From contig JBDUDX010000074.1 in the NCBI GenBank assembly GCA_040002735.1, positions 1-45,401 of the forward strand: a stretch of 45,401 nucleotides of DNA, in the 5' to 3' direction. Below are positions 42,446 to 45,401 of the stretch, piece after piece. Both the position numbers and the translations under genes were made by a program. The first letter of the stretch is position 1. The number at the start of each line of letters is the position of its first letter. The notes beneath the pieces were generated by a model, which worked only from the letters and a program-made list of their open reading frames with translations, made no database searches and had not been told where the DNA came from. The stretch comes from Frankiaceae bacterium (GTDB taxonomy: Bacteria > Actinomycetota > Actinomycetes > JADGOV01).

Positions 42446-42958
42446 ATGACCCAATTGGATACGAACCGGGCGTTGCCGCGGACGGCCACTGGCCGGCGGT
42501 CAGCGCGTGGCGGACCGGGTTTAGCCCGGCTGCGCACGCACCTGACTGTGCTGGAGGCCGAACGGGAGCGACACGCCAAGGCGCGATTCGATACCGGCGG
42601 CGACATTGGCGACCGCGCCTGGCGGGTGGAAGGTGAGACGCACTTGCTTGCGCTGGACTCCTCTATCCGGCGGCTCCGCCAATCGCTGGACGAGGTGACC
42701 GACCAGGCGACCGACGTGTCGCGGGATCGGGTGGGAATCGGCGCGACCGTCACGCTCCGCTTCCTCGCCGACGCCTCGGCCGATTCCACGGTGGAGCGTT
42801 TCGTGGTCGGCGGCTTGGACACCCAAGAGGAGGACTGCCCGGTGCTGACTCCGGACAGTCCGCTGGGGCGGGTACTGATCGGCGCCGGGGTCGGAGACAC
42901 GGTTGCGTACGCCTCTCCTCGGGGGAAAGAGCAGGTCGTCGTCCTGCAGATCGGTTAA
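42446..42958 (+). CDS. GreA/GreB-family (Rnk-like) factor
   Basis: N-terminal coiled-coil hairpin; C-terminal VGIGATVTL...TPDSPLGRVLIG..VGD; GAGGAG RBS. Confidence 0.8.
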   Translation: MTQLDTNRALPRTATGRRSARGGPGLARLRTHLTVLEAERERHAKARFDTGGDIGDRAWRVEGETHLLALDSSIRRLRQSLDEVTDQATDVSRDRVGIGATVTLRFLADASADSTVERFVVGGLDTQEEDCPVLTPDSPLGRVLIGAGVGDTVAYASPRGKEQVVVLQIG

Positions 42959-42997
42959 GCGCGGAAGCTCGCTGTGCCTTCGGACGTTGAAAGGGAC

Positions 42998-43678
42998 ATG
43001 CGTGTTGATATCTGGTCCGACGTTGTTTGCCCGTGGTGCTACATCGGCAAGCGCCGGTTCGAAGCGGCGTTGGGTCGTTTCCCGCATCGCGAGCAGGTCG
43101 AGGTGAGCTGGCGGGCGTTCGAACTCGACCCCACCGCACCGGCGGAACATCCTGGTGCTTACGCGGACCGACTGGCCGAAAAGTACGGCACACGCCCGGA
43201 GGCCGCGGAACAGATGATTGCTCAGCTGACCGCCACCGCGGCCGAGGAAGGGCTAAACCTGTTTTTCGATCGTGCCCGACCGGGCAATACCCGGGATGCG
43301 CACCGTTTGATGCATCTCGCCGCAACCAGAGGCAAGCAAGATCAGCTGGCCGAGCGACTGTTCCGGGCGTCCTTCGTCGAAGGTGAGCCGGTCGGGCTGT
43401 CGCCGACGTTAGTGCGGCTCGCCACCGACGTCGGCCTCGACGCTGATGAGGTGTGGCGGGTGCTGGACAGCGAGGCGTACGGCGACGCGGTCCAGGCCGA
43501 GGAGTCAGCGGCCGCAGATCTCGGAATTCGGGCGGTGCCGTTCTTCGTGATCGACGGTCGGTACGGCGTTTCGGGGGCTCAGCCGGCCGAGATGCTGTTG
43601 CAGGCGCTGGAACAGGCCTGGGAGGACCGCTCGTCTGCCTTGAGAGCCGGGCGCGAGGGTGACAGCTGCGCGGTGTGA
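42998..43678 (+). CDS. DsbA-family (FrnE-like) oxidoreductase
   Basis: IWSDVVCPWCYIG, FELDP, NTRDAHRL, GIRAVPFF, SGAQP. Confidence 0.92.
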   Translation: MRVDIWSDVVCPWCYIGKRRFEAALGRFPHREQVEVSWRAFELDPTAPAEHPGAYADRLAEKYGTRPEAAEQMIAQLTATAAEEGLNLFFDRARPGNTRDAHRLMHLAATRGKQDQLAERLFRASFVEGEPVGLSPTLVRLATDVGLDADEVWRVLDSEAYGDAVQAEESAAADLGIRAVPFFVIDGRYGVSGAQPAEMLLQALEQAWEDRSSALRAGREGDSCAV

Positions 43679-43700
43679 GCCGTCAGGGCAGGATCGGCGT

Positions 43701-45083
43701 ATGACCGAGCGCCCGTACCGCACCATCATCGAACCGTTCCGCATCCATTCCGTCGAGCCGCTGCGGATGACGACCCAAGCGGAACGAGTCGAGAAGCTGG
43801 CGGCGGCCGGGTACAACTTGTTCCGGCTGCACTCCGACGACGTACTCATCGACCTGCTCACCGACTCCGGGACCGGGGCGATGTCGGCGGAGCAGTGGGC
43901 CGGCTTGCAGCGGGGCAACGAGTCCTACGCCGGGGCGCCGAGCTTCTACCGCTTCCTCCATGCGGTCACCGAGCTGTTTCCGTTCCGGCACGTGCTGCCC
44001 ACCCACCAAGGCCGGGCCGCGGAGAAGATCCTTTTCAGCGTGGTCGGCGGGCCGGGCAGGGTGGTACCGAACAACACCCACTTCGACACCACCCGGGCGA
44101 ACGTCGAGTTCACCGGCGCGGAGGCGCTCGACCTGCCCAGCGCCCAGGGCCGGGAGGCCGCCTCCCGTCACCCCTTCAAGGGCGACATGGACGTCGAGGC
44201 GCTGGAGCGGCTGCTCATCGAGCGTCGGGACGACGTACCGCTGGTGATGGTGACGATCACCAACAACGCCGGCGGCGGGCAGCCGGTGAGTCTCGCCAAC
44301 CTCCGGGCCGTCCGGGACGTCTGCGAGCGGTACGGAAAGCCGCTGTTCCTGGACGCTTGCCGGTTCGCCGAGAACGCGTGGTTCATCAAGACCCGAGAGC
44401 CCGGCTATGCCGACATAGACGTACCGGACATCGTCCGGGAGATGGCCTCCCTCGCCGACGGCATGACGATGTCGGCGAAGAAGGACCCGCTGGCCAACAT
44501 CGGCGGCTGGCTGGCGATGGACGACGACGCGCTGGCGGAGCAGTGCCGCACGCTGGAGATCCTCACCGAGGGCTTTCCCACCTACGGCGGCCTCGCCGGC
44601 CGCGACCTGGAGGCGATCGCCCAGGGTTTGACGGAATGCGTACAGCATGACTACCTGCAGTACCGCATCCGGTCTACGGCCTACCTCGGGGAGGCGCTGG
44701 AAGCTGCCGGGGTGCCGGTCGTGGTGCCGTTCGGCGGCTCCGCGGTGTTCCTGGACGCCCGAGCGCTGCTTCCCCACATCCCGCCGCTGCAGTACCCCGG
44801 GCAGGCGCTGGCTTGCGCTCTCTACGTCGAAGGCGGCATCCGGGCCTGTGAAATCGGGACCGTCATGTTCGGCCGGCGACCGGACGGGTCGGAGGTGCCG
44901 GCCGGGATGGATCTGGTACGGCTGGCCATTCCGCGGCGTACGTACACCCAGAGCCACGTCGACTACACGCTCGAAGTGTTGCAGCGGGTGGCCGAGCGGT
45001 CAGCCGACCTGCGCGGCCTCACCATCGTCGACGAGCCACCCCGCCTGCGGCACTTCACCGCCGGCTTCGCCCCACTCGGCTGA
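43701..45083 (+). CDS. tnaA: Tryptophanase (beta-eliminating lyase)
   Basis: IDLLTDSGT, THQGR, DACRFAEN, MSAKKD (PLP lysine), RLAIPRR; C-terminal LRHFTA has His as in TnaA rather than Phe as in tyrosine phenol-lyase. Confidence 0.85.
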   Translation: MTERPYRTIIEPFRIHSVEPLRMTTQAERVEKLAAAGYNLFRLHSDDVLIDLLTDSGTGAMSAEQWAGLQRGNESYAGAPSFYRFLHAVTELFPFRHVLPTHQGRAAEKILFSVVGGPGRVVPNNTHFDTTRANVEFTGAEALDLPSAQGREAASRHPFKGDMDVEALERLLIERRDDVPLVMVTITNNAGGGQPVSLANLRAVRDVCERYGKPLFLDACRFAENAWFIKTREPGYADIDVPDIVREMASLADGMTMSAKKDPLANIGGWLAMDDDALAEQCRTLEILTEGFPTYGGLAGRDLEAIAQGLTECVQHDYLQYRIRSTAYLGEALEAAGVPVVVPFGGSAVFLDARALLPHIPPLQYPGQALACALYVEGGIRACEIGTVMFGRRPDGSEVPAGMDLVRLAIPRRTYTQSHVDYTLEVLQRVAERSADLRGLTIVDEPPRLRHFTAGFAPLG

Positions 45084-45146
45084 CCGGCAGTTGGTGAAGG
45101 CCCGGTCAGCTGGGGCCGCTGCTACGCGATCTCCGTGGGCAGAACC

Positions 45147-45401
45147 TCACACGCGGCGTTGGTAAACGAAATACATCGTGCAGCCTTCTGGCCCAACGTG
45201 GTCGATGGCGTGTGGCAGGCCCGCCGGGAAGTGGATGTAGGCGCCGGGGCCGAGTCGCGCCCCGCCTACCGTGGCGGTGCCGTCCACGATCCATTGGTGG
45301 TGGTGTCCGGAGTGATGAGTGTGCTCCGGCTCCTGGGCGCCCGGCTCTAGGCGCAGCAGTCCGGCCACGCCGTCCTTCGAGCGCCACAGTTCACGAACCT
45401 G
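45147..45401 (-). CDS. Cupin-domain protein, 5' end outside the window
   Basis: Frame is open to the window edge; cupin motifs PEHTH...HQWIVDG and PGAYIHFPAGLPH. Confidence 0.75.
   Translation of the reverse strand, partial: QVRELWRSKDGVAGLLRLEPGAQEPEHTHHSGHHHQWIVDGTATVGGARLGPGAYIHFPAGLPHAIDHVGPEGCTMYFVYQRRV

Noticed and set aside
36249-45401. Prophage, IS element, integron or CRISPR array in the accessory region
   Set aside because: No integrase, transposase, terminal repeats, att duplication or regularly spaced repeats seen

Overview
High-GC actinobacterial chromosome spanning the replication origin. Positions 1-36.2 kb hold the conserved origin core: sigM-rsmA-trxB-trxA-cwlM, parB-parA-rsmG-jag-yidC-yidD-rnpA-rpmH, dnaA-oriC-dnaN-gnd-recF-DUF721-gyrB-gyrA, tRNA-Ile and tRNA-Ala, ppiA, rhomboid, crgA, sortase, pabA/trpG, the fhaA-fhaB-pstP-rodA-pbpA-pknB cluster, and tRNA-Leu. 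Non-coding elements include a c-di-AMP (ydaO-yuaA) riboswitch at the left edge, two parS sites inside parA, DnaA boxes and DnaA-trios at oriC, a second DnaA-box cluster 3' of crgA, and SigR/SigH-type and SigM-type promoters. Downstream of tRNA-Leu (36.3-45.4 kb) is an accessory region with two toxin-antitoxin modules, a VOC/AraC pair, a decayed hybrid histidine kinase, SLOG, Gre-like, DsbA/FrnE, tryptophanase and cupin genes. The most unusual item is the kinase's membrane sensor, which resembles the ETR1 ethylene-binding domain but carries substitutions suggesting a different ligand. That kinase and the nearby AraC gene are each frameshifted by an exact 13-14 bp tandem duplication. All family assignments come from motif recognition and recall; no database searches were run.
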